DNA of 64,000 nt. It comes from Cycas panzhihuaensis. Taxonomy: Eukaryota; Plantae; Cycadophyta. Both the position numbers and the translations under genes were made by a program. Under the pieces are notes generated by a model that was not told the DNA's origin, ran no database searches, and saw only the letters and a list, made by a program, of their open reading frames with translations. Every line of letters begins with the position of its first letter. Within the stretch, counting starts at the first letter, position 1. The DNA is taken from positions 168,523,741-168,587,740 of the forward strand of contig CM041465.1 in assembly GCA_023213395.1 (NCBI GenBank). Direction: 5' to 3'. Below, in pieces: positions 27,901-43,799 of the stretch.

Positions 27901-30750
27901 ATGGGAGAACCAAATGTTCACTATGACAACACATTGAAAAATAACTAAAAGTAAGTTGAGAAATTTTTACAAATATTCTATTAAGTAGAACAAGTTAAAA
28001 ATAAACTAAACTCTACTGAAAATTGTTAAGTAAGTCTAAAAAATTTCAAAAAATTACTAAAGAAACTTGTCCCATAATGCTTTTCCTATGTCCTATGATA
28101 GATAGGTTATACCATTCAATTTTTAATAGTATTATAAAAATATAAGTTTCACAATACCATAGAATTTTGTTACTTTATAATACCATAGTATTTTATTACT
28201 TTATAATACCATAGACTTCCATAGTCCCCATCCTACAAAGAATCCTATCAATACAAAATAAAAAATGTACTTAAAAATCAACAGAATTTCATAATTTAAC
28301 CAAAAGAGGTTCTTCCAAACTAACACTAGCATCAAATTACCCTAATCAAAGCACAAATAGAGCTTCTATTAGACCTTATTTAGCCAAAATCTGAGAAAAT
28401 TTAGCCAAATTTTCATAAAATAGGGTAAATCCATAAAAAACCCCAAAAACCTAAAAAATCAAATTATGAAAAATAAGGAGGCTTAAGCCTACTGAATTCG
28501 ATGCTTACTTAGCCATCTCAATTCTATGAATCCAATGCCTCTAACTTCATGTGAATTTGACTATCCATTTGCTTGTAGTGAGCCCATGACTGGTTTAGAT
28601 GAATGAGGGTTAAATGAAATTTTTTTCAACTTCAAGTATGAAAATAAAATATGAAATAATAAGAAAACCTATTTTTATAATTGCCCTAACCCCACTTTGG
28701 AGCATCAATTTTTCACATTATTTATCCCATTAGATTCCATTCTTAACAAATTATCACCTCACATAATTAACACTACCATTGTTGTAGCTTATTTTTTATA
28801 CACCACTATCCAAATCATCCCAAAATGTTATTAATCAATGTAATTAATATGCCATTAAAGCATTTAGTTTCATCAGCGTGCTTCTTAGAGATAACTCTCT
28901 CTTAGCATATCATTGTTTATAATTTAGAGGCTCATCTTTGAGTACTAAAGTTATTTATTGAGGTTAAACATACTTTGTTTGCCAAGCAACCCTTAATACC
29001 TTTTATGCACTTTGGTTCAAAAAAGCCTCAAGATAATCCCTCATGTGCATACCTATATTTATAGTCAAAAGTCTTAATTTTAAGATACCTTCTCCATAGT
29101 ATAACCTATTTATTAGTACCCTTTGTTGTCAAGCACTTGCCTTCTATAAGTGCCTTGTACTTGTAACTTTTTTAGCTTTCTTAAGTAATTAATTGCTTTA
29201 TATATTAACTACATCTTACCAACATATAACTTGTAGCCTGAGCAATAATTCAATAGCTCAATTATTTGATGTACTCCCTTATAATAGTTCCATTTGATCC
29301 CTATTATAATAAATAGTCTAGACTATTATGGTTATCTTTTAAAAATCCCCTTGTTCACTCATTTACAAAAGAAAAAGTGCTTAGAGGTAACTTGTATAAA
29401 CTACCTAAGTTCCCCTGATGATTTGACCTTCATGGACTTATTTTCAAGCTCTTGTATAGTCCCATTTTGTTAAATTGTGTTGTTATTTATTGGATAACTC
29501 AGTGCCCCATGAGTTAGCTCATTATTGTGACCTCCTTACACATTCAAAAAATATATGTATTAAAAATAAAATAAAATTATATAAATACACCACAAAAAAG
29601 TCTAAAAACTATAAATAGACCTCTCACCATCTTCTTAGCATCTAGGGTAAATCATGGGTTGAATTAATTCTCACTTACAATATATAGTTTGGGTCTAGAT
29701 GTGTGGGTTGTTAAGGACCTTCAAATCTAATTTCTTAGGTCTACCATATCCTAAATCATGATTAAAACCTACATGGTACTTTGAGGAATAAAATAAGTTT
29801 TCGAAAGTTGTCATGAAAGTGACATTAAGTCACTCATGGAATATATTTTTGACCTACCTTAAATAATTAGAGTTGAATCTACATAACTCAAAATTTAACA
29901 AAATTGATTGACTTTTGTCCTCTTTCTCATATTCATCAATCCATCAATAAGTTATTATTGCATTGCCCATGGCATTAATCATTCATACCAATGGAGGAAG
30001 TCATAGGAACCCTATCCCTTTTACTACAACTTAGATCATTTGGGACTAAGTAGGCCACATCCTAGCTTGCACTAAAATGTATTTACTTGTAGAAACCAAT
30101 AATACAATTAAGTACACTTATGTTATAGAACCTCTCACTGATGCTCTCCAAGTTTATAATGGCTTTATTTTATTGCTTTATAATTTTTACTTGTTATTTA
30201 CCAACTTACCCAACATTACCAAGATTGGTGCCCCTAATTGTATGCCCTTGCTAACTATGCTAAGTCATTATTATCTCAATTTTTTATTGTCATAATTCAA
30301 CACATTCCTTAAGAACAAAATGTTGAGATAGATCAACTTCTTGTATTTATTATCAGTCAACACTTACAACAAGTAGTTGTTTCTTCGTAGGGCTTCTAAT
30401 CCTATAAATGAAATTAAGCTTACCTACTAGTTTCTTTATTAATTTACGTTGCATCTCTAAAATGATGGTAAACTATCTAAATCTCCACTACAAGTTTAAA
30501 TTGGAACTATATCTTTGAAATAAGAGTAAACTCTCTTAAGCTCTAGTACGAGCCTCAACTAGCATTATTTCTTTGAAATCAAGGTAAACTATATGATGCT
30601 ACTATATGAGATTAAACGATGTTATAAATATATAAATATTGACCTTACCATCGCTTTCCAAAAATGGTAATCCTCTTATGTCATCCTTAGTTTAGGGCTT
30701 TCCCTTACAACACCACTTTGGTTCCATTTTCTTTCATAGTTTGTTTGCTT

Positions 30751-30794
<44 letters not shown>

Positions 30795-30865
30795 ATCTTT
30801 AAAATAAAACTATATACAATCATAATTTTTTATTATTATTATTTTTAATTAAAATATTTCTCTTT

Positions 30866-31757
30866 GGTTCCATGTAGAACCCAAAAATTCCACCTTCAAT
30901 AAGCACTCACTAAAGAGGCTAAACTATTATGATAATGCTAGTTATGAGATGAAACTAAATAACTCCTCCTTTAAGGGTACTCATTGAAAAGGATAAAGTA
31001 GGTTGATAAGCCTTAGCTTCCAAGCCTACAACCATTAGTTTCTTAGTTGAACCATTTTTGGTCACTGAGGTAACTTGTTAGGTGCCTAAGAATACTTTGA
31101 AAATAGTCACTAAAGAGAATAAACTATGGCGACTCATTTGTATCTGTATAAGTTTCATCATGCCTTCTAAGCTCAATATGGTTGGATTAAACTACATCTC
31201 TAATCTCTACTTTATTCAACACACCTCTAAAGTTCTTATCAATGAGGTTAAAGTAGGGGTAAAATTCTCTAAACACTTGTTAAGAAGGCTAAACTACTAT
31301 AGACTACATTTCCATATTACTTCTATAAATGCATAGATATTTTACATGGGGTATTATTCATAGCATTCATCATCTTATAACCTATGTATAAAAATCTTCT
31401 ACTACTAAGGGCAGAAATGCACCCCATAATAAGAGAAGCATAATCATTTTGAATTAATAGATAAATGAAAGTATAAGCTTCTAGTCTTTTTTTTTTTTTG
31501 TAGGTTAGACTAGTTCTTTTAATTGCTATGTGCTAACATTTACCTATTACTGTAGTGAATGGCTATGTGTATTTTTAGCTTGTCACAATTCTAATCATGG
31601 TTAGTAGCTTCAAAAGATTGTCCACCTGGGTTTAATAAAATATAAAAATACTTTTAGAACCTTTGTAGATACTTCTAACGCTTATTTTACCTTTATTTGC
31701 AGTGATTGCATGCTTCTCTTATTGTTTTGGGTAATTTTATATTGCCAAAACCATTGA
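30866..31757 (+). repeat. Tandem duplication unit 1 (about 890 bp; probable 5' part of the Ogre/Tat LTR)
   Basis: Starts GGTTCCATGTAGAACCCAAAAATTCC and ends CCAAAACCATTGAAT; closely similar, not identical, to 33523-34406. Confidence 0.92.
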
Positions 31758-33522
<1,765 letters not shown>

Positions 33523-34406
33523 GGTTCCATGTAGAACCCAAAAATTCCACCTTCGATAAGCACTCACTAAAAAGGCTAAACTATTATGATAATGCTAGTT
33601 ATGAGATTAAACTAAATAACTACTCCTTTAAAGGGTACTCATTGAAAAGGATAAAGTAGGTTCATAAGCCTTAGCTTCCAAGCCTAGAACCTTTAGTTTT
33701 TGAGTTGAACCATTTTTGGTCACTGGGGCAACCTGTTAGGTGCCTAAGAATACTTGGAAAATAATCACTAAAGAGAATAAACTATGGTGACTCATTTGTA
33801 TCTGTATAAATTTCATCATGGCTTTAAAGCTCATCATGGTTGGATTAAACCGCATGTCTAATCTCTACTTTATTCAACACACCTCTAAAGTTCTTATCAA
33901 CGAGGTTAAAGTAGGAGTAAAATTCTCTAAACACTTGTTACGAAGGCTAAACTACTGTAGACTACATTTCCTTATTACTTTTATAAATGCATAGGTATTT
34001 TACATGGGGCATTATTGATAGCATTCACCACCTTATAACCTACGTATAAAAAGTTTCTACTACTAAGGGCATAAATGCACCCCATAATAAGAGAAGCATA
34101 ATCATTTTGCATTAATAGTTAAATGAATGTATAGGCTTCTAGTCCTTTTTTTTTTATAGGTTAGACTAGTTTTTTTAATTAGTATGTGATAACATTTACC
34201 TATTATTTTAGTGGATGGGTGTGTGTATTTTAGCTTGTCACAATTCTAATAATGGTTAGTAGCTTCAAAAGATTGTTCACCTGGGTTTAATAAAATATAA
34301 AAAGACTTTGTAGATACTTCTAACACCTATTTTACCCTTATTTGCAGCGATTGCATACTTCTCTTATTGTTTTGGGTGATTTTATATTGCCAAAACCATT
34401 GAATGA
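33523..34406 (+). repeat. Tandem duplication unit 2
   Basis: Collinear copy of 30866-31757 with scattered substitutions and a small deletion near 34305. Confidence 0.92.
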
Positions 34407-35830
<1,424 letters not shown>

Positions 35831-38376
35831 GTCCTATTATGAAATATGTATGTCCAACCTTGATTTTAGACCATTCCATGATGAAAGTTTTTTTTTAATT
35901 TTTTGACTCTAAGGAACTTTATGATATTTTAAAGTTTACCATGATACCATAAATTATAAACTTATGGGATGATAATCTATTAAAAAGAAGAACAACACAT
36001 TTTTTAAAGAATAATAAATGTATCCAACTATATTTCTAACTTGGATAGTATCAAAAATCTCATGCATACATGCTTTCTTCTTCTTAATGGGTTCATCTTT
36101 AATGTTTCTTTTTTATTTGATCAAATCCATAAGCAATATATCCATGTTTTAATCTTAACCATGGGTCTAATACCACCTTCTCTAATAATCCATACCATCT
36201 CTAAATACCTCCCCATTTTCACATGGGGAGGGAGGTCAAACCTTATAGTTTTATTCTATCAGAATATTACCTTTTTTTTAATGGATTTCTTTTCTCATCA
36301 CTTACTTTACTTGGCTTCCTTTTTTAGAATAACAATTAGAGGCTAGTTATGTTGGAGATACTTAGGATTAGAGTTATATATCATATGAATCTTATACCAA
36401 CAAGGAATTAGGGTAAGACCCCCCCTTTAATATTTGTTTTTTAATCCACTTTTATTTATGTTTGGTTTTAATTTTCTATTAATCTATTTTATATGTTTAA
36501 ATACTTGATTTCACCTTTCCACATTTTATATATTTCACTTTTCTTGTGTGAGAGTGTCTTGCAAGTAAAATAAAGGTAATTATTATAGGTTAAGCTCTAA
36601 TTTAGTAGCAACCTCACCATATCTAAGGCTCCAATTCCTATTTCAGAACATTATTGGATTTAATTTATAAATTTCATTAATTATATTAGATTTCAAAGTT
36701 TTCACTTATATTTTTCATGTATTAAAAGATATTATTCTATCAAATACATTTTAAATTTATTTTTTTGTGATTTTAGTAGTTATTTAAAAGTTTTTTTTTC
36801 CATCATAAGTCAATCTAACAAGTAGAAATGTTGTCAAATTTTCTTTAAAAATTTTATTTGTAAGTGTATGCTCTTAATATAGTTTGTTACCCTTTGGCAA
36901 TTCCCACTTTAAAAAGAATTTTTAAACATTAAAAATAAGAGACTTAAGCTGTAAAAATAAAGGATTCATAACAAGCAAGTTTTCCCTTTTGAACCTTTTT
37001 CATAGCTTTTATCTTTAAACAATAAATGAAAAGAAAAAACTCTTGAGTTTATTTTAAATTTCCAATTTCTTTTAAAAGAAAAGAGAAAGTCTATTGTTTG
37101 AATGCTTGTCGTGTTTGCTTGCTCTTCTCTTTTTCTTTCATACAAATAACTTAACTTATAAATTAAAAGAACATAAAAGATAATTAAAAGAAAAGTAAAA
37201 AGAAAATAACTTACTTTATTTCTTCTTCTTCTTTTTCTTGAATTGCATTATTTGTTTGCTTTAGTGCACTTTGCAAGGACCATAATAGAGTAGAGAATTC
37301 ACACTTGTTGTAAGTCCTCAAATCCTCAGGGCTAATAGGCTTATTTCTAGGTTATATTATTTATTATTATTAAATTTAAAAATCATTCTAGTTGTATAAT
37401 AATTTGATGAATGCTTCTTTAATATCATTTAGAATTAATATCTTCATTCTACTAAAGATGGAGGTCTATTTTCTCTCTACCTAAATTTCATCATCAAATG
37501 AAAGAGATGGGCTTATGCCTTTAGGTAACATCAATCTTCTAATCTATACTTTAAGGAAGTCAGTGAGGAGCATCTATCTTTACCATGTGTTAATACGTAA
37601 GGTGTTGATAGCCAAGTAAGTATTATTAGTCATATTAAGAGCAGTGACTTCTTTCTTATTTCTCTCATAAAGTAGAAGGTTTGTTAGAGTCAAACATAAA
37701 TATTATCAGGCTGCCTTACACTTATATAAGATGGATTATTAGTATTGATTAGTCCCCACCATCTTATCCACGAGCAGATACATTATATGGTCTTAACTTC
37801 TTCAAACCTCTCACTCTAGTTGGTCCCTTCCTTTTTCTTCTAGATTAAGCCTAGTGTTTCAGATCCTTTAGGACTTAGGGTTAGAGTAGGTTAGTTTAAC
37901 TTTCAAGCAATTAATTGTGTAGGATAAGCACGTAGAAATGATGGTATTTTAAGCACATATTCTCTACTAACCCTCTCACACTCTAAGGGATTTTTTAATG
38001 TTGTTTGGTCCTTTCAAGAACACTTACTAATAATTAGATTGATTTTATCTCTATACTTTTTATTTAGCTAGTAATTCACTCCCTTTATTATTTTTATGCA
38101 TTACCTCCTCATCTATTTATCTACATCACTTATTTTGATTAAATAGATATTGTTATGCTTTCTTCATAGGTATTTCTCTTTCTTCTCTTTTGGTATATCA
38201 CACACACTAACATGTTTTATCTTCTAATCTAGAACGTAATCACTTTTTGTCCCCATACTTGCATCCACAAGACTCATGGGTGTCCTATAGGAGGCATATA
38301 TTCATGCCCTTTAGGTCAATAATTGAGTTGTGTTATTTGTCCTTCCCTCTTACAATGCATACTTCACACACTAATA
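35831..38376 (+). repeat. Long Ogre/Tat-type LTR, copy B (3' portion)
   Basis: Collinear with 16055-18698 but heavily diverged; ends ..CACTAATA. Confidence 0.75.
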
Positions 38377-38549
38377 GTAAAAGGATATGTGTAAAGAAAA
38401 TATGAAAATATGGACTTACTAATGTGCCATTATACTTAGACAAGTTCTCCACAAATTTAATGTGATTAATCTTCTTAATATAGAGATTGTAACAATTTAG
38501 ACTGAAGTTAATATAAGTAGAACTTTTTTTTTTCTTTAGATATACTCTA

Positions 38550-38890
38550 GCTCTGATACCACTCGTAGTGGCTCATGCCACTATTGGATGCCTTGGGGAT
38601 TATGTTGTAAAGTAGAATGGTTCTCCAATATAAAGGAATATAATTAAAGGCAAAGGATATAACACACTTATGCTATAACTCTCTCTCTATATGTGTGTGT
38701 GTGTGTGTGTGTGAGAAAGAGAGATTACTATTATAGCAATGGCTAGCTTAAGAAAGATGGGCCATAATAGGATAATTCTTTAAAAGTCTTGCTTGTGGGG
38801 TCCTAAATAAAGAGTTAATGGGATGAGAGTTTAGTGCTAAAAGTCATGCACCACCTTATGTACTAAGGCAATGAGATTTTATCGCCTCAT
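38550..38890 (-). mobile_element. LTR fragment with perfect Met-tRNA PBS (truncated minus-strand element)
   Basis: GCTCTGATACCA at 38550-38561 is the reverse complement of TGGTATCAGAGC; 2-nt spacer, then CGTAGTGG (decayed LTR end). Far boundary is a guess. Confidence 0.5.
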
Positions 38891-39819
38891 TGATTTTCTC
38901 TTGAGTGATGTTGGAGGCTAAATTAGAGCCTATAAATACATGACTATGGAGCCTAAAATTTTGAATATTTTTTATAATCTATTGGATTCTAAATTATTTA
39001 ATAACTTATAAACTCCTAACAAAGGACCTTTATCTGCCTATATAAGGTATGAACCTTTGTTGTATATTTTTGTTATAGATAAATTTGACTTATTAAATCA
39101 TAAGATAAGGATTGTCTTTGATAAGTTATTATTGGCATTGCCTTATGTTTTCTTTCATCCAAGTTGCCATTTTGTGGACCACCGTTGCATTAAAAATTTC
39201 CATCTATGATCCAATTAGTATTTAGTCTGTTTAGTACGGTAAAGTACAAGGTTTAGTTATTAGGAGCTAATGGAACTCCTATATCAATTAAACTTCTTAG
39301 TAGGAACCATAAAGAGTTGAAAGAGCATTCCATAGTAGAAATGAGACCCATAATTGATTAGGATATGATTGTAATACTTACTAATATTAAAAGCCAACTA
39401 GTCATCTTGAATATTACTAAGCATGCAATAAAATCAATTAAAGAGACCCCTTAAGCTCAACAAAGTAAAAATTAAATGTTAAAATGACACAAAATCATTC
39501 ATATTATAAATGTTACAACTAAAACATATAATCTATTTAGAATGTTAATAATTTATTAGAATATAGAGTATGCAATCTATAGATGGGAACTTCAAAGGCA
39601 TCTCTCATGCAAGTCATTCATTTTGACCATACAAACAAAATTTCACTACTAGTACATGGCATCTCCTATGACATACACATGAACCCATATGCTCTTTGTT
39701 GTCCTATGTTTTGTTACACCCATAGGGCAAAAGAACTTACAAAATGTCACTTCGATTGTTGTACATTTTCCAACAATGTCAATAAATGGCCAATGTTATA
39801 TATGAAACATTCATACAAA

Positions 39820-40520
39820 ATCCGATAGGGTGACCTTCAGAAATGATCAGCTGTATATGGCCGTGAATATGGTCGCCGCATAATTGGAGAGAAGGAATAT
39901 GGATAATAAAAGGATTGATGGAACGCTCTGAATATCTCCCTCTCTCTCAGATGAAAAGCTGCTATTTCCTTACTCTGCAAACTACACGTAACTTCCGTCC
40001 ATTTGCAAAAACTTGGTTCGAGTGGCAAGACACAAGTTGAAGGCTTCACGGTGCATTCATTCATACACTCCAAACTGAAATAAAGATATTTGTACAATAT
40101 ACACGATACGGCAAAGGAATAAGTGTAGTGGAGTCTGACTGCGTAATACTTTGGCCAATGGCACGAGGAAGCTGTTCGGCCATGGCTTCCGTGTAAGGTT
40201 TGAATGCAAGGCAGCCAAGTGGATTACAGGAAACGACAACCATACACACCGAAAAGCTAAAAGCCGACGCAAAACCGGCTCCGTCTGGCGATTCTAAAAG
40301 ATATAGAAAGCGTGCCAATCAATAGCGGTGATAGAAAGAGTAAAAGAAAATTGTAAACCGTTAACAATTCTTAGACTTTATGATAACAGTATGATAAAAG
40401 CGTAGGACAAGACATATGGCACATTCTATGCTCCTAAGTGGTGCACTTCGCTTTCTATCAGAAGAAATCCAAATACTACAACTTCTCTTGCCGTATCTAT
40501 CGAAAGAAGGTTGGAGTATT
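39820..40520. promoter_or_regulatory. CpG-retaining non-repetitive island 1 (candidate unmethylated regulatory or ncRNA locus)
   Basis: Many CG dinucleotides versus near absence in the flanks; no TE motif and no credible ORF. Confidence 0.45.
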
Positions 40521-43365
40521 CAAAGTTTTGTATTGGCTGCAAGTTGAGCTTTCTACTACAACTTTCTTATTACTTACAAGTTATGTCTTGTACATTGCAC
40601 AGTTCTTCAAATTATAGAAATAAAATATGAAGTATAAGTAAAGTATTACATTGCCGTCCTACAACCACCTTTGAAACAGGTCACTAACACCTAAAATACT
40701 CTTTTAAATAATGCATATGTTTCTTTATGTTTTTTTTCATCTTGTGATTAAGAATATATCCAACCACATACATTACCATTTTGTTCCTAGCAAGTACAAG
40801 AATAATAATATTCCACTAAATGCTAGTTAAAGAAAAAAGGTTATGAATTATAATATAAACATTTGTGCTCCAAAGTTCTTGTGTTATTATTCTAATGTTA
40901 ATTACATGCAAAGGATCTTAATGATCTAATATAAATTCCTAAATTATGTGAAACACCTTTGTGTGGATGGTTTTTGTAGATGGCATTACTACATCCAAGC
41001 TAAGGACACTTAAGTAAAAAATCATAACCCAATCTCTTCTTGAATTAGCCACATGATGGTAATTCTACTAGTGACACTTTACTATGCAAAATAATGGATC
41101 TAAATAGGAGGGTGAAATATCTTCCATAATTCAATGCTAGTGTCCAACATAGTCAATGTCAAAAGAAACCAAACGAAAACATTAAAGATTTTGATTAAAA
41201 TGATAGCATTAGGAGATGACATTTCTATGTAATGGGACAAAAGCATAACTTGCATGTTTATATAAGGACCTCAACCTTTCAACATCAATTATAATACAAA
41301 ATAATCCAATAAACATGAAGTATAATAGAAGATGGTATTGCCAATAAAGATAAATTAATTTTTTAATCACTTGTCCAATCTTGTGGCAAATAATTTTCAT
41401 CATGATAGTTTCCTTAAGGAGAGAATCTTGATTATAAAATGGGATTTATATCATAGGCCATCATGAAGAGAACATAGAACATATTGATCATGTTTTATGC
41501 AATAATTATTTTATCCCTTCTCATTTTGTCAAATATTATATATCATAGTATTACATTGTATTATAAGGCCAACCTTTGCTATAAGTAGTAGATGATTATT
41601 TTATTAACATTAACATTTATCTTCACCCTACTCCTTTGTAGAATAATGTAGAAAAATATAGATGTCCCCTTAGACAAAATGATCATGTATCATAAATTCA
41701 AAATTTTTTGAAACCCATGTAGTCCCAATTCTTTATTTTATTTATTGTGTTGTAATACCTACTCCACCTTGTTAACATTCAAACCAAGAGTGTCAATGCA
41801 CCTTCCATATGAAATATGATTTTGTTTCTAAATATTACCAAATGCTAAAGAAGATATAACCTTTAAAGAGGAGCCTCATAATTGAAGATAATACTTTTAT
41901 GATCATGGATCTTAATCTTCTAGTCATATCTAAGTCTATGTATTTAATATGGTTATACTTAAGAACATCACAAATGTGAGAAACAAAATGCTCAAGGACT
42001 CCTTAACTAACAAAATTATTAAGCTTTAAATTGCATGATACCCCTAAAAATTTCCCACAGTATAATAAAGTATGCAATTGTTGAATGTTTATTTGAATTT
42101 TGGTGTTGGGGGGGGGGGGGGGGTGTGGGGGGGTTGCAAGCATTAACTTATCCATTACTATTATTCATTCACTCACTAGCACCACCAAGAAGAGGTATGT
42201 GCAATATTATTTTTTCTTTATGAACTATCTAGTGTAAATAGTCAAACATTTAACAAATAAAGTAAGTCAATTTAGTGCACAATAAAGTTAATATTCTCAA
42301 AGGAAATAATAATTGAGAAAAGAAATAAACTCAAATGACATAAGGCAAGTAGAATGTATCTTTTGATTTACCATTAGATTGAGTAAAGATGTTTAAAATA
42401 AATTTTCTACCTTCTAAAATAGACTATAGGGTTAATGAGATCATAATACTATAAATTAAGAGCTCTAAAATTAGTGAACCCCACATCATGATAATCAACT
42501 TAGAAATACCAATCTCTTGGTTCTATTTATCTACTTCTTTAAAGAATACTTTAGTAGATATATAACTTCTATGAATAAATCATTAATTTTGCTGACATAA
42601 TAGTTATTCATATTTACATCTATGAAACATTACAACAATGCACACAACATTGCTTATAACTTTTTAAAACCTAGTGAATATAAAAATATCAATTCTTAAA
42701 TAAAAATGATATATAACACAAGTAAAATGTTACATATGAATTAAATGGTTTAAAAAAAGGTGATTATTCAATGAATAAAAATAATATGTAAAGCAACTCC
42801 AATACTAATACCAGGTACTAATATTATTTGGAAAAGCATTGATAAATCATGATAATTTACAAGCAACTCTAATATTAGATGCTTTAGCTTGGGATTCTCA
42901 TGAGTAATAGTTCTTGCTACCCTAATAATCATGACTCACAAAGAAATGACAATTTGATTTTAAATAAGACAAAAGATTAGTGGTTTGTATTCCTACAATT
43001 ATAGGTGTAGACTTCTCATTTGAATAGCTTAGAAATCCACCATAATCATTGATTATGTTAGGAAGGTTTGTGGATATTTCAAATATATAACAATGGAATC
43101 CTACTTAAAGTGTTAAGTGTAAACTATAAAATCAATTCAATGACTAATATAAATGTATATCTATAAAATTTCCCCATACTTATAACTTTAGTTTATTTGT
43201 TAACTCTAGTTGGAAAGGTTTTTTTAATACCCCATCACTAACTCAAAAAGCATATCATTACAATTAAACATCTCTTAATCCATAGATGAAAAGAGCATAC
43301 ATTACAATTAAACATCTCTTAATCCATCAATATAACTACAGAATTCATATCTTGTACATTATATT

Positions 43366-43650
43366 TGTTAAAATAATACTTATATTAGAGTGAATACCCA
43401 CTTTGGAGAGATTACTCACATTGAGATAATAACCTAAATTAGTGAAGATATCTTTGTAACACTATGTGAAGTATTTGTCAATGCTAGTCAACAATAAACC
43501 TTGATACCCGTGCTTAAATCTTCTCAATCCTATCTATTTATTTATGAGATTTGAAAACCCTGATATTCATCTAACACCACCATCCCCATGAATTGATAAT
43601 TACCCTCATTCTACTCTCTCTCTTCTAATTCTATTATTTGATGTCTACCA
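43366..43650 (+). repeat. LTR of the Ivana-like copia family (probable solo LTR)
   Basis: Begins TGTTAAAATAAT and aligns with 50313-50607; TATATT occurs on both sides (43360-43365, 43651-43656). Confidence 0.7.
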
Positions 43651-43799
43651 TATATTTATATAAGAAAAAACATTTCAATCAATATATCTATTTGATCATG
43701 AAGGATGTAGGAGGTGTTCATTAGAGTGAGCTTGTAACTTGATTGTGATTGTGTACATGTGATCTCATCCAATCTATTGTCCTTGTGTGTTTCCCAAAA

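Noticed and set aside
28700-30750. Possible decayed gag/protease on the minus strand
   Set aside because: Only vague motif resemblance; no frame could be followed.
39837-40318. Overlapping short ORFs in island 1
   Set aside because: No homology or consistent splice structure; expected by chance in GC-richer DNA.
40900-41900. Possible hAT transposase remnant on the minus strand (LAIPSSI..YW, YKHASY)
   Set aside because: Too degenerate to call by eye; no TIRs found. Needs an HMM search.
43726-43740. GAGCTTGTAAC resembling the plant SRP RNA 5' region
   Set aside because: No further similarity or SRP stem structure.
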